From positions 163,145,509 through 163,209,508 of the forward strand of contig NC_068983.1 in assembly GCF_001194135.2 (NCBI RefSeq): 64,000 nt of DNA, read 5' to 3'. The notes beneath the pieces are model-generated. The model ran no database searches. It saw nothing but the letters and a program-made list of their open reading frames with translations, and was not told the DNA's origin. How positions within the stretch are numbered: position 1 is the first letter of the stretch; each line of letters begins with the position of its first letter. Origin of the DNA: Octopus bimaculoides. Lineage: Eukaryota. Position numbers and translations under genes: made by a program. This document shows positions 1-12,925 of this stretch, one piece after another.

Positions 1-123
1 ACATTACATCAACATTATCTCGTTTATTATTGACAAAACCCCACATCGTAGCATTCATTCACGCATACACGTTCTGTTTCTAAAAAACTGACTCTTCTAA
101 AAAGGATAACGTAAAGAAAAGCA

Positions 124-320
124 ATGGCTGACATCCAGCATAAAGCATTTCAAGTATTTCACTTGTGGAACTTAGTTATAGACGATCTTAGGTTTTTAAA
201 GATTTACAAAAGTTTACGACGAGAGCAATTCATTATATTGCGACGTGGTGCAAAGGTTTTTTATATCGACAGATTATTAGTAGAATTCAAAAGCTCTTGT
301 CTGTTGAAGTTAACTTCTGC
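124..320 (+). CDS. Candidate exon 1 of plus-strand orphan gene (MADIQHKAFQ...LLKLTSA)
   Basis: ATG in GCAATGG context with an in-frame upstream stop at 112-114; 65 open codons ending exactly at a strong donor GC|GTGAGT (phase 2). Confidence 0.55.
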
Positions 321-499
321 GTGAGTCAGAAGTAAGCGGAAATTATGAATTGGTTGTGGTGATTAATTAAAGGAACGGATGACGGTGGTTACGCATTTCT
401 ATTCTGAAGTAGTTTTCACGAGATGCTAGTAGAAATACATACATACACGCACATATAACGCACACATAGGTATATATAATTACAAACATACATACATGC

Positions 500-609
500 T
501 TACATACATATACATACAGACGTACACATAGGCATATGTACACGCTCACATACACGTACATACATATAAATATACACAATACATATATGTATACAAATAT
601 ATATACATG

Positions 610-662
<53 letters not shown>

Positions 663-683
663 CTATATTTATATGTACGCATA

Positions 684-743
<60 letters not shown>

Positions 744-800
744 TATATACGTACATACATATATACATAGAGATATATCTGTGTGTGTATGTGTATTTTA
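500..800. repeat. Compound (TA)n/(CA)n/(TG)n microsatellite
   Basis: Directly visible. Confidence 0.95.
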
Positions 801-1394
801 CTTCTATGTTGACGAACACTCAAAGCATACATACATTTTCAACACTGAAATATCCTAACAACAAAAATCAGGAAATTAAAATATTTGTATGGTTTATAAT
901 ATAGGATTATACTTACACATATCTCATCGTATTAACATAAAATCAAAAAAAGCACATTAAGAAAATCCCCCCCCAAAAAACCCCAGAAAGATAGAGAGAA
1001 AAAAAAAATAAAGCTGTAATATTTTGTTGTATCAAATCTTACATCACCGGTTTCCTGTTGGAAAACATTACTTAATATTATAAAAGAATGATAGAGACGA
1101 AGAGTTAGAAATACGGCGAAGAGAATTACTTTATCATTTTATCAGACTTTTCAAATAATATTAATGCGCAGTTATACAAAATGCTTTATTATATAATGAA
1201 AGGAATTATATCTTCATCATTATCCCTTTTATTTGTTATAGGATTTCATCTGTCGATAACTGTCGTGCAAACTATGGAATATGTAATTAGTATCAGTGAT
1301 TCTTGAATTGTGTGAATAATTAGCAATCGTGGAAGAATCTGTTAAGTTGTTTTTACGAGAATTACTTGTGTAAATCCAATACTATTTTGTGTTG

Positions 1395-1655
1395 AGGCGG
1401 CGAACTGGCAGAGTCGTTAGCTCGTCTTACAAAATGCTTAACGTCGTGTATTCCGACCATTTGTCTGCTGACCCCAAATCTTGCTGATGTTGACTTTGCT
1501 TTTCATCCTTTAGGCACAAGGCAGCAAATTCAGGGGAGGGGTTAAGTCAATTGCATCGACCCCAGTGCGTAACTGGTACTTAATTTATCGACCTTGGCGG
1601 AATTTGAAATCAGAACGTAAAGACGGACGAAATGCCGCTAAGCATTTTGACCGTT
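1395..1655. mobile_element. tRNA-derived SINE family A fragments (both orientations)
   Basis: ggcggcgaactggcagagtcgttagc head plus a reverse-oriented body. Confidence 0.7.
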
Positions 1656-1833
1656 TACTTGTTTCAGCCATTAGAGTGTGTCCACGGTGGGACACCGGCT
1701 TGAAGAATTTTAGTCGAATTTATCGGCCACCTGTACTTATTCTGTTGGTTCTTTTGCCGAAGCGCTAAGTTACGAGGACGTAAACACCGGTTGTCAAGAC
1801 AGAAACACACACACGCGCACACACACATACATG

Positions 1834-1870
<37 letters not shown>

Positions 1871-2310
1871 NNNNNNNNNNNNNNNNNNNNNNNNNNNNNN
1901 NNNNNNNNNNNNNNNNNNNNNNNNNNTATATATATACGAGGGGGTGCTGAAAAGTTCGTGGCTTTAAGAGTATCGCGAAAGACCTGTTTGGAAGCCTAAA
2001 CTTCCGAGTTCTGTCATATGGCTTAGAAGAAATAAAAGATCGCTGCAATAAGTGTGTCAATCTGAGAGGGGAATATGTTGAATAAGATCATAACTGATCC
2101 TCCTGACTTTGCTTTTATCCCAAACCCGGGAACGTTTCAGTACCCCGTAGTGTATTTACGATAGGTTTCTTTCAGTTTCCATCTACCAAATCTATTCACA
2201 AGTCCTTGGTCGGTCCGTGGCTGTAGTAGAGGACACTTGCTCAAGGCGCCACACAATGGGACTTCACCCGGAACCGTGTGGTTGGGAAGCAAACTTCTTA
2301 CCACACAGCC
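1655..2310 (-). mobile_element. SINE family B copy interrupted by (TA)n, a gap and the mariner MITE
   Basis: Matches family B copies at 9283 and 48428. Confidence 0.75.
1937..2147 (+). mobile_element. Internally deleted mariner derivative (MITE)
   Basis: TA|CGAGGGGGTGCTGAAAAGTTC ... GAACGTTTCAGTACCCCG|TA terminal inverted repeats; residual transposase C-terminus RCNKCVNLRGEYVE*; splits a SINE copy. Confidence 0.75.
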
Positions 2311-2739
2311 ATGCTACATAAAATTCTTGAGCATCTGGGAGAAACAATTATTCTTAATATTGATAAATACAAACATGATTAAAGAAACAAAAATAACAGA
2401 TGTTTCTATATCTTTAAATCAACATGGTAACTGCGCCAGTAATTCCTAGTCTGATTGCCAGTGCTCCACAAAATTAAAAAAAAAAAAAAAATTGAGAATC
2501 TCTGTTACTGGTTACATATTGGAATTAGTGACGTCATACACTGAAAATGATTCATTTATTGAAAATTGTATTGATTTAACTAAAGCTCCTTCGGTGCGGA
2601 TCGTTGGACTCTGCAACGCATAAACACACATGTAAGCACGTGGTCACATATTCTTGTGTAACTTACATATCATTTAGACTCGCCTACGCATTATATACAT
2701 ACATACACACACGCGCGTGCACAGTCACACACTCGTACA

Positions 2740-2745
<6 letters not shown>

Positions 2746-2836
<91 letters not shown>
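2746..2836. repeat. (CA)n microsatellite
   Basis: Directly visible. Confidence 0.97.
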
Positions 2837-2837
<1 letters not shown>

Positions 2838-3039
2838 TCACAGTATTGAGCAGATTATCGGATGTTGCTATACAGCGCTCATCACAATGCACTTCGCATC
2901 GTTTTAGTTTTCGAATGATATCCTCTCGATAGAATGATATCCTACCTGTTGGCAGGTAGGCTAACATTTCCCCTTGATCAAGAAGGTAGTCCATTACAGT
3001 TTTACTCATTTACAGATGACTATATATATATATATGGCA

Positions 3040-3380
3040 ACACCAGGCTCCAATCTAAATTTGGCAGAGTTTCTACAGCTGGATGCCCTTCCTAACGCCA
3101 ACCACTCAGAGAGTGTAGTAGGTGCTTTTACGTGTCACCTGCACGAAGGCCAGTCAGGCGATACTGGCAACGGCCACGCTCGAAATGGTGTCTTTTATGT
3201 GCCACCCGCACAAGCCAGTCCAGGGGCACTGGCAACGATCTCGCTCGAAAATCCTACGGAAGCCAGTCAGGCGGTACTGGCAACGGCCACACTCAAAATG
3301 GTGCATCTTATGTGCCACCCGCACAAGAGCCAGTCCAGGGGCACTGGCAACGATCTTACTTGGCTTGCCGGGTCTTCTCA
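3040..3380 (+). repeat. Interspersed repeat with an internal ~114-bp tandem duplication
   Basis: gccagtcaggcg.tactggcaacggccac...gtgccacccgcacaag..ccagtccaggggcactggcaacgatct occurs twice (about 3149 and 3262); explains ORFs 2974-3548. Confidence 0.7.
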
Positions 3381-3634
3381 CGCATGTATATATATGTTCT
3401 TTTCTTTATTTGTGAATTAAGGCTACCATTGGTTTCATGTAAAAGAAGTATCTTAACAATTTTTCAAGCCGATCACACAGAGAAAGATGTTCGCCTCCAT
3501 TTTGGAAAAAAATCTCGTTTTCTTCAACTCCTACTCTTCCTAAGATAAAAACCGATGGTAGCCTTAATTCACAAATAAAGAAATTATTTATCCACCAATG
3601 CGGTGTTGAGCGCTCATTCCAACGTTCTGTTTTA

Positions 3635-3900
3635 AGTTATGATTTGGTAGACGGAAACTGAAAGAAGCCCGTGGTATATATATATATATGTATGTATTTG
3701 TGTATCTGTGTTTTTTCCTCCACCGTCGCTTGACAACCGATGTTGATGTGTTTACGTCCCCGTAACTTAGCGATTCGGTAAAAGAACCGATAGAATAAGT
3801 ACTAGGCTTACAAAGAATAAGTTTTGGGGTCGATTTGACTGACGAAAAGGCAGTGCTCCAGCATGGCCACAGTCAAATTACTGAAACCAGTAAAAGAATA
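3635..3900 (+). mobile_element. SINE family B, 3' part
   Basis: gatttggtagacggaaactgaaagaagcccgt...gatagaataagtactaggc. Confidence 0.8.
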
Positions 3901-5523
3901 ACAGATTACGAATAAACACAGACGAATAAACCAAGTTCTTCGTGGAAAATAGTAGATGAGATAAGTAAAAAGGCTGCATGGCAGGTATTAGAGAAGAGAA
4001 GTACAGTTTGTGATAGGGCTAATACAGACATGGAGGTAGATACACAGTATGGGCGCGACGGCAGACGGCATCAACAGTTGATGGTAAACCTATTGTGTAA
4101 AGTAAAGAACTATTTGGTGCGACTGGGTATCGATTTCTGCGTCATCATTTAAAATGTGGCGATAGTAAAGAATAGTAAAAGACAGAGAAACAGACATTTG
4201 AAATCAAGTACCTTTACCCAAACATCTTCACAAACAGAGCAAATTTTAATTTCAAGAATATAGCAACAATTTGGACAATTAGAATTTCTGATGTATGTTA
4301 TTGATGACCCTAGACGTTCCTGAAATTGAGAGAATTTTAATAAATGCTAGCTTCTAATTTTGTGACTGTTAAGAAACTTCAGATTTTGTAAGAAAAAGCA
4401 GTGATATTTAATCCACAACTTCATTATACCTTCAGCAAATTTAGGAGGTGTATGAGTTCCGGTTTATGATTAATTCTGATCCAGAAGAAATGTTAAAATA
4501 ATGCTTGACATGAAATTTGAATGGTTGTATGAGTCATATGAGAATGAAACTCAGTTTTCTCAGCTCGCATATACAACCCTATGAGCTTCAAAATGCATTT
4601 CTTCAATAATCTGAAATTGTTCTTTACATACAGGGTTCGGCAAAGGACCAACCACGTTTGACAGTTTAAGAAACGTTTTAAGAGTAAATGTATGATAACA
4701 ATCCAAACAATGATGGCCACACAGAGAAAAAGAACTCACAAAGCATTAGTTTCATGTAGACATCAGTATCACCCGCCTAACTTTACTCCTTACCAATGAA
4801 GTATGTATCGATATAATATAACTCGCAGTATTACCCTTAACATTGCAAAACGAAATGGTAATAACAGAACTTGAACATAACCCGATTATTGAGATTGTCA
4901 TCATCTACGACTGAAGAGGACAGAAGCCGTTTAAAGGACATATTAAGTCTTTATCTAAAATTAATTAAATGATTTTGCAAGTTCCTGTTTGTCACAAGAT
5001 ATTTATATTAAAGTAATTAATTTCAATAATTTACTTTTTATTATATTTTATATAACGTGAAACAAGCTGAGTTATGACATTAAAATGAATGCAATAATTT
5101 TGAAGAATTATTAGTAGTAAGTATTATGTTATATAGTAAGTATTATGTTATGTTTTAGCTTATATTCTCGAAGAATGAGATATAACGCCGCTTTTATAAT
5201 TTCTTAAAAGTTGAAGAATATACAGTAAAACCGGACATCAAACTCTCTTTGAAAAAGCAACTCGAAAAGGACAAACCCCCTCTGATTCTCGTTGAAATAC
5301 TCTGCTTTTGAAGTATAACAACGATTTCAGGATCTAACAGTAATCCTTTGTCTCTTATTTCGAAATTCGCAAGAATTTGTGATTTAGAAAGGAATCAAGT
5401 TTTACTATAAGGAGAGATGGAGCGATATAGGCATTATAAGATGCAACATTAACCCCTGTTAGGTTACATACTTGATCTTCATATGAATCCAATTTCCTGA
5501 CTACATTTTAATGTAACTGACAG

Positions 5524-5594
5524 CACCTCCAGAGATACATGGAAAGAGCCGGCATTTTATGAATCTAAAGCTTCACGAAAACTTCAGTTAAAAC
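5524..5594 (+). CDS. Candidate exon 2 (TSRDTWKEPAFYESKASRKLQLK), phase 2 to 1
   Basis: Acceptor ...aactgacAG, donor AAC|GTAATA; open frame compatible with exon 1. Confidence 0.4.
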
Positions 5595-5772
5595 GTAATA
5601 ATTAAATACAAGATTAATTTAATCTTTCTTCCAGCAACTTCGCCCGAAATTTCAACAATACAGATTTTTACACCCGAGAGGAATTTGTCAGTATTTCTCG
5701 CTTTAAATTACAACCGGACTCTGCAATGGGAATCTCGCTTATCCTTAATCCAATTGTGTCCTTTTATGATAG

Positions 5773-5873
5773 GATTCTACCATAGACTTGTCAATCGTGC
5801 AAAGCTGCAGGACTTAGTATTAATAGGGAAAGAAGTGGCTTTAAGGAATATAATACAATACACTAACATCTCG
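5773..5873 (+). CDS. Candidate exon 3 (FYHRLVNRAKLQDLVLIGKEVALRNIIQYTNIS), phase 1 to 0
   Basis: Acceptor tgtccttttatgatAG, donor TCG|GTAAAT; lies within ORF 5685-5900. Confidence 0.45.
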
Positions 5874-6009
5874 GTAAATATCGTTAATAATACATATTAA
5901 CCGACAGAGATTTTTGAAAATTCAGTCGTATATTTTCGGTATTTTACGTATTTGAAGATAAGAATAACAAGCGGTATAAAACACTGAACTCAAAATATTG
6001 ATTTCCAAT

Positions 6010-6200
6010 TTTGGCACAAGGCCAGCGGTTTTATGGAAGGGGTTAATTAATCCAATTAAATTGACACCAGTGTTCAAGTGGTACTTATTTTATCGATCCC
6101 GAAACATTGACAGGCAAAGTGGCATTTGAACTCAGAACACGAACACAGACAAAATGCCGCTAAGTATTTTGTCCGCCGTGCTAACTATTCAGTTTAGGCT
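6010..6200 (-). mobile_element. SINE family A
   Basis: ggtacttattttatcgatccc...ccgctaagtattttgtccg. Confidence 0.7.
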
Positions 6201-6422
6201 TTCCACCTTCGTTGAACTCAAAACAGTAGCAAACATGTCATATTCTTCAAGGAAGAAGGGAATCAGATGGCATAATGTTTGTCTCAGAAGTTTTAGTGAC
6301 GGAAATAAAATACAAAACTCAAATCGATGTCTAGTCATGAATAGTGCTCTCTGAGAGGCAACGTCTGTTCTGTGGGTTTTGGTACTGTTTGACGCAAATA
6401 AAGTTTATAAATTTTTGTTTAG

Positions 6423-6430
6423 TTGACGCC
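6423..6430 (+). CDS. Candidate 8-nt microexon TTGACGCC, phase 0 to 2
   Basis: Acceptor atttttgtttAG immediately followed by 8 nt and the consensus donor GTGAGT; restores the frame into the last exon. Confidence 0.4.
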
Positions 6431-6894
6431 GTGAGTCCTTTCTGACATTCTGTATAATTATTTACCCAGCAAATGTGTTTATCAACAACACCAAATCTTT
6501 TATGTGATTAGATTACCATGAAACATTGTAAGTTAATAAACGTGTTTAAATTTGTGGAGAAGCTTTACAAATTATCGGTTTCAACCGCAGACATCTCTGA
6601 GAGCTATCGATCGAAATAGCGCAGAAGTCACGTATGATCTCTGAAAGTTATCCACCAGTGTTGCATCCATCAAAACATTATTTAACATTAACAGTTAGCA
6701 ACATGTCAATGCTAGCTTCGAATAGCTTGTATAGTTTGTTTCTACATTATATATGATGAAATATTGATTACTGAAAAGGAATTAAAGAAAATACATAATC
6801 ACCTTTTTCATAGATACCTAAGAACGAAATTTTGAATCGAAGACTGCGGCGAAAAGTCTTGAAATATTTGTGCTATACTTCTGGACACTAAAGC

Positions 6895-7105
6895 GAAGAG
6901 CTGGCAGTGTCGTTAGCACGGCGGGGTGAAGTGCTTAGCAGCATTTTGTCCGTCTTTACGTTCTTAGTTCAAATTCCATCGAGGTTGAATTTGCCTTTCA
7001 TCCTTCCAGGGTCAATGGAATAAATACTAGTTGAGCACTGGGGTTGACTATATCGACTTACCGCTCCCCAAAATTGTTGGAGTTGTGTGCCAAAACTTGA
7101 ATGCA
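6895..7105 (+). mobile_element. SINE family A
   Basis: gagctggcagtgtcgttagc...gagttcaaattcc-like body. Confidence 0.7.
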
Positions 7106-7172
7106 ATATACTTCTAAACAGTAGAAAGTCTTCTGCTTAAACCAAAGTGGCACAATGAAATACATAGAAAGC

Positions 7173-7289
<117 letters not shown>

Positions 7290-7818
7290 GGATAACAGAA
7301 AAACGTAAGAGTGTAGTATGAAATAGCTTGCAGAGTTTAGTTACATCTCTTTAAATTGTAAATTATATTTCTGCTCGTGTTGATGCATAAAAAGGGAACT
7401 TCGTGAAACTCCAGATAATAATTGGATCAGGTCCTTAATCCAAATGAATAAAATGTTTGAAAAATTTATGCAAACTGAATACATTTTACTTTGTGGAATG
7501 GAACATATCTCTCGGTTATAAACGCATAATCAAGCCGAAGATAGAATATATAAGGATGGAAAGAATGAATACGAAACAAATCGTGTTTTGTTTGCAGTCA
7601 TTTATGGTAATAATGAACGAAGGTGATTAACAGACATGTAGTTGGTCAGTAGAGGGAGCCTGGAGATGGAGGGAAAGTGAAATTGTCGGTCATGCGCAAA
7701 AGGGAATGGGAAATGTAGTGGTTGCCGTATCAATGTATGTGTTCGTTAGTGTGTCTGTGTGTGCGGGTTGGGGTGGGAATGTCAAGTGGTGTAAGGGAGT
7801 GTGCATGTATGTGAGTTA

Positions 7819-7851
<33 letters not shown>

Positions 7852-8977
7852 GAAGTTGAGTGAGAGGAGATAGGAAAGTAGTAAGAAAAAAATGAATTAT
7901 TGATTCCACAGGGAGTTACTGGCAATAGACGAAAAATCGAATCCTTGATCAGGAAAGTTTAGTTAAAGATAATCCATAGAACCGGAATTGAGAAGGGGAC
8001 AAAAAAACATGGTATTTAACGTACTATTGCAAGGTGCATCAAATAAGTGGTTGCAGAATTGGTTTCTTAAATGGTTGCCTCTTTCACCCAGCGGAGGGAC
8101 AGATGGAAGTTTATGAAACAACATTATTATAGAGATATGGGGAAGACAGTTGTCCACAACTTGAAATGTAAAGTAATATCATTTTGAAATAAAGGACGGA
8201 TGTTACAACATGTCTGAACAAGCTGAGGACCCAGACTGGGGGTGGAAGAGGAGGCGGAAAAAGAAAAGATGGGATGGAAAAAGAAGTAGAATGTCGCATC
8301 TAAAGAGTCTGAGAAGCGTTTCCGGAAAGATAATAGAAAATAGGAATTATGGTTGAAGACGCATTGGGGAGGTATATTAATGCGGTGCAAGGTTATAAAT
8401 AAAGAACTGAAATTGGCTGATAAACCGGTTCCCCTCCTAATCATTATTAGATGTGGAAAAAAACATAGAAAACACATTCGGAATCGGTGGCGATCAAAAA
8501 AGAAATATAATATATATATATATATNNNNNNNNNNNNNNNNNNNNNNNNNNNNNNNNNNNNNNNNNNNNNNNNNNNNNNNNNNNNNNNNNNNNNNNNNNN
8601 NNNNNNNNNNNNNNNNNNNNNNNNNNNNNNNNNNNNNNNNNNNNNNNNNNNNNNNNNNNNNNNNNNNNNNNNNNNNNNNNNNNNNNNNNNNNNNNNNNNN
8701 NNNNNNNNNNNNNNNNNNNNNNNNNNNNNNNNNNNNNNNNNNNNNNNNNNNNNNNNNNNNNNNNNNNNNNNNNNNNNNNNNNNNNNNNNNNNNNNNNNNN
8801 NNNNNNNNNNNNNNNNNNNNNNNNNNNNNNNNNNNNNNNNNNNNNNNNNNNNNNNNNNNNNNNNNNNNNNNNNNNNNNNNNNNNNNNNNNNNNNNNNNNN
8901 NNNNNNNNNNNNNNNNNNNNNNNNNNNNNNNNNNNNNNNNNNNNNNNNNNNNNNNNNNNNNNNNNNNNNNNNNNNNN

Positions 8978-9042
<65 letters not shown>

Positions 9043-9050
9043 TATTTCTT

Positions 9051-9594
9051 TATTGCCCACAAGGGCTAAACACAGAGGTGACAAACAAGGACAAAGGGAT
9101 TAAGTCGATTACATCGACCCAGTGCGTAACTGGTACTTATTTAATCGACCCCGAAGGATGAAAAGCAAAGTCGACCTCGGCGGAATGTGAACTCAAAACG
9201 TAACAGCCGACGAAATACCGCTAAGCATTTCGCCCGGCGTGCTAACGATTCTGCCAGCTCGCCGCCATATTACACATATAGACGCAGGAGTAGCTGTGTG
9301 GTAAGCAGCTTGCTTACCAACCACATTGTTACCTGTTTCAGTCCCACTGTGTGGCGCCTTGGGCAAGTGTCTTCTACCATAGCCTCGGGCCGACCAAAGC
9401 CTTTTGAGTGGATTTGGTAGACGGAAACTGAAAGAATCCCGTCGTATATATATGTATTTATATATGTATGTGTGTGTATATGTTTGTGTGTCTGTGTTTG
9501 TCCCGCACCCAACATCGCTTGACAACCGATGTTGGTGTGTTTACGTCCCCGTAACTTAGCTGTTCGGCAAAAGAAACCGATAGAATAAGTACTA

Positions 9595-9633
<39 letters not shown>

Positions 9634-9828
9634 TTATGGCGGCGAGCTCGCTGAAACGTTAGAACGTCGGGTGAAATTCTTAGCGGTATTCCGTCTGCCG
9701 TTACGTTCAGACTTCCTATTCAACCGAGGTCGATTAAATAAATACCAGTTACGCACTGAGGTCGATGTAATCGATTTAATCCGTTTGTCTGTCTTTGTTT
9801 GTATCCTCTATGTTTAGCCCCCTGTGGG

Positions 9829-9830
<2 letters not shown>
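9051..9830. mobile_element. SINE cluster: family A (-) 9051-9265, family B (+) 9283-9598, family A (+) 9637-9830
   Basis: Direct alignment to the other copies in the window. Confidence 0.85.
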
Positions 9831-9873
<43 letters not shown>

Positions 9874-11252
9874 GATACATGCGTATATGTATATACACAC
9901 ATATAAATATGTTTGTGTGCAACAGATATATGAACACTTTCTGCTGCTTAGAACAAACTTTCACTTAAATTTGTTCCCCAACATGATTTAATGCCTGCCT
10001 TAAATATCGCACGGCGTGGTCAAATCGGGTATGAAGTGATTTTAGCCAAATTCGAATCCCTACATAACTAACTATAATCATCAATGTATTTTGTATCGAT
10101 TTCGTACAATTTTATTATTTATATACTTTGTGCTTCTTCAGCTAATGGACAGGCAAACTAGCAAATCTGCAGCAGCCATTAAACAACCATCAACATCTTA
10201 CGGTCACGAGCTTCCTGTGGTTGCAGAAACAGCTGAATAATATCAATTCTCGCTGGATTAGTATTTGCATTAGATGCATGGAACATATGAGAATCACATT
10301 CTTTGCTCCCGTGGAACACAAATTACTGTATTTTTCCTGAAGCCTATTACAAACAAACGTCCTTTAAATTCAGTCCACACAAATACGAAATGTGCAATTT
10401 CATGGCGTATTAATACTTTGAATAACATAATAGCGCTGAATCCACATATTAAATATTTCAAATATGTGCTTAAAATAGAAAAGATGTTTATCATTGAAAC
10501 TGTTGCGACAGCTGCCAGCAAACATTGCAATGTTAATACATCGTCTCTCTATACTATTGAAACCAACTCATGTCTGTCATTCGCAAGATGATTATTTCCG
10601 TAAATGAGGAATCTACATTGGTAGAAGCTGTCTGTTATTCTGTATATTGATATTATTATCAGTGTAAGAATATTTATATCATATTTTTTGTTATCCTTTC
10701 GAGAAAGAAGCGATTTAGTTATGATAGTTATTATAGGTCGATTCAGGTAGACTGATTGGTGCAATTGATTCAACTTGATCTTTCATTGGTCGATATCTTC
10801 AGGAAATAATTGGGAGCTAATTTGATGAGAGAGTTTTGTAGTTTTAAATATAAGAACTGGGAAATGTATATAGAATGGCGTATGGGAATGTTATAAAGGC
10901 AGACAAGTGTGTAGAGTACATTTTGGAGGAGTAGTACAAAATATATTTATATGCCGTGGTGCAGAGACGGCTAAAGGAACTGTAAAAAGTAAATAGAAGA
11001 CAGAAATGCAGATGATACAAATGAGATGTCGAAGATTTCACATATGTAACATGATGAACCAGAAAATTTGGAATAAACAAGGGGAAAATATATAAGACGA
11101 AGGTGAGAGTACATTTTCATTGAAAGTTAATTAGGGAAAGTAACACTTGCAATAATTCCTGAAATATACATATACATTTGTTACCTGTATTTCTGTCTTC
11201 GATCGCATTGTTTACATAGATGTGTTCGAATACGAAACGTCGTAATTTTCAG

Positions 11253-11595
11253 GGCTGGCTCTGAATTCTATTGGAAATCTGTAAACTTAAAAAGTAAAAG
11301 TAACGTACATTTTAACAAACGATATGAGGTGCATGGGTTTAGCAAGGCATTTAAAACGAGTTCGTTGCATTTAAGGAAGATGCCACGAATCAGTGGTCCA
11401 TATTTCGATTGCTTTAGTTCGATGTTGAAACCTGATTTAAAACAACTAAAGAACTTTCTCTGCGATATACTCCATGAGATAAATCTAGTCTTTGATAGAT
11501 CGACCAGAAGTCGGACTGGTGTGTGCGCGCTCAGGAAATTACGAGAAAAGGCAACAATCTTTTTCGAGAACCTTGACCAAAATAGCTGGCTCTGA
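11253..11595 (+). CDS. Candidate terminal exon (AGSEFYWKSV...FFENLDQNSWL*), phase 2
   Basis: Acceptor cgtaattttcAG; 113 open codons to TGA, extending ORF 11329-11595 upstream; AATAAA near 12107. Confidence 0.55.
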
Positions 11596-11689
11596 GTTTT
11601 AGCAGAATTATGGAGGCGCAATTATCTGTAAACCATTCTCCGTATCCTCACTATGCCAAGCTCAACCATTTCTTCACCACCTAGAAGGA

Positions 11690-11847
11690 TTTCAGTCAGA
11701 CGAACCGACCCCAGTACTTACTGGTTGAGCCTGGTACTTATTTTATCCGCTCCTTTTGCCGAACTGCTTCGTTACAGGAACGCAAACAAACTATCACCAG
11801 TTGTCAAGCTGTGGTGGCCGACAAACAAAAAGACACATACACACACG

Positions 11848-11891
<44 letters not shown>

Positions 11892-12047
11892 CGGGCTTCT
11901 TTCAGATTTCATCTACCAAATTTACTCACAAAATTTTGGTTGGACTGAGGCTAATAGTAGAAGACACTTCCCCAGGGTACCCTGCCGTGGAACTGAACCG
12001 GTAGCTATGATGTTGGGAAGCCTGCTTCTTACCACACAGCCACGTCT
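11690..12047 (-). mobile_element. SINE family B within the putative 3'UTR of the plus-strand gene
   Basis: Reverse complement of the ggctgtgtggtaagaagc head. Confidence 0.75.
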
Positions 12048-12564
12048 GTAGATGGGAATGCTTCCAGTATTTGACAATAGAATCGCACAACTGTGGTGTG
12101 TAACAATAATAAAACTCGTTAGCGTTCCTTGAAAGATCTCCTTAACAGATGTTTGTTCCCATTTCTTTTAAATTCCCTCTTCACTTGGGAATTATTTTTA
12201 ATAACGTAATATTTCTGGCGTAGTGTTTTATCCGAAGATTTTCGAGAATTGTTCTTCGTAGAATTCCCATTTTTCCTTTTTGTATATTGCGAATATTATT
12301 TCTTTTTGTATACTTTCTATCAGCACTTGTTCTATTTAAGAATTATTACGATTAAGAATGTTTGCTGATTTCGGTGCCGTTGTTGTTGTTGTTTTTGCAT
12401 TTGCTTGTTTGTTTTTGTTGGTCGAGTTGTTCCTGTTTTTGTTGTTGTTCTTGTAGTTATAATTGTTGTTATTCGTCTTGTCTTTGCTACTGTTGTTTTT
12501 TTGTGTCAGGTATAATCATATATCTTTTATCTTTTGCTTGTTTCAATCATTAGACTACGACCAT

Positions 12565-12910
12565 TCTGGGGCACCGCCTTGAAGAGTTACTAATCGAATG
12601 AATCAACCCCAGTACTTTTATTTTCCATTTTAATCTTGGTATTTATTCTATCGGTAACTTTTGACGTAAACATACCAACACCGGCTACCAAGCAGTAGTG
12701 GAGGACAAACACCGACACAATGACGCACACGCACACATACGTGTATGTGACGGGCTTCTTTCAGTTTCCGTCTACGAAACCCACTCTCAAGGCTTTGGTC
12801 GGTCCTAGCCCATAGTAGGAGACAGTTGCCTATGTTGCCACCCAGTGGGACGGAACTCCCGAACCGTGTGGTTGGGAAGTAAGATTCTTACCACATACCC
12901 AGACCTGCAC
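12565..12910 (-). mobile_element. SINE family B
   Basis: Same consensus blocks as the other family B copies. Confidence 0.75.
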
Positions 12911-12925
12911 CTGTATAATGTTTAC

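Noticed and set aside
367-904. Cluster of 80-150 aa ORFs (YIYI, HTHT, VCVC)
   Set aside because: Translations of dinucleotide microsatellites; the same applies to ORFs at 2.6-2.9, 16.5-17.7, 23.4-24.8, 28.4, 31.1, 41.2-43.4, 52.3-53.0 and 62.1 kb.
2974-3548. Overlapping 75-148 aa ORFs with internal repeats; superficially repeat-spacer-like
   Set aside because: GC-richer interspersed repeat with a tandem duplication; not a gene and not a CRISPR array (no unique spacers, eukaryotic context).
4633-4682. Plus-strand exon candidate (GFGKGPTTFDSLRNVLR)
   Set aside because: Phase 1-0 does not fit after exon 1 (phase 2), and TACAGGG resembles a Tc1 terminus.
8127-9103. 200-310 aa ORFs containing X runs
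   Set aside because: They span N-gaps; likewise at 22.8, 34.2, 38.4, 48.0, 57.0 and 58.6 kb.
9283-9370. tRNA-like A/B boxes
   Set aside because: These are SINE heads, present in many copies with a SINE body and no complete cloverleaf.
12362-12553. Cys-rich 63-aa ORF resembling metallothionein or keratin-associated proteins
   Set aside because: Degenerate (GTT)n low-complexity tract with a TTG start.
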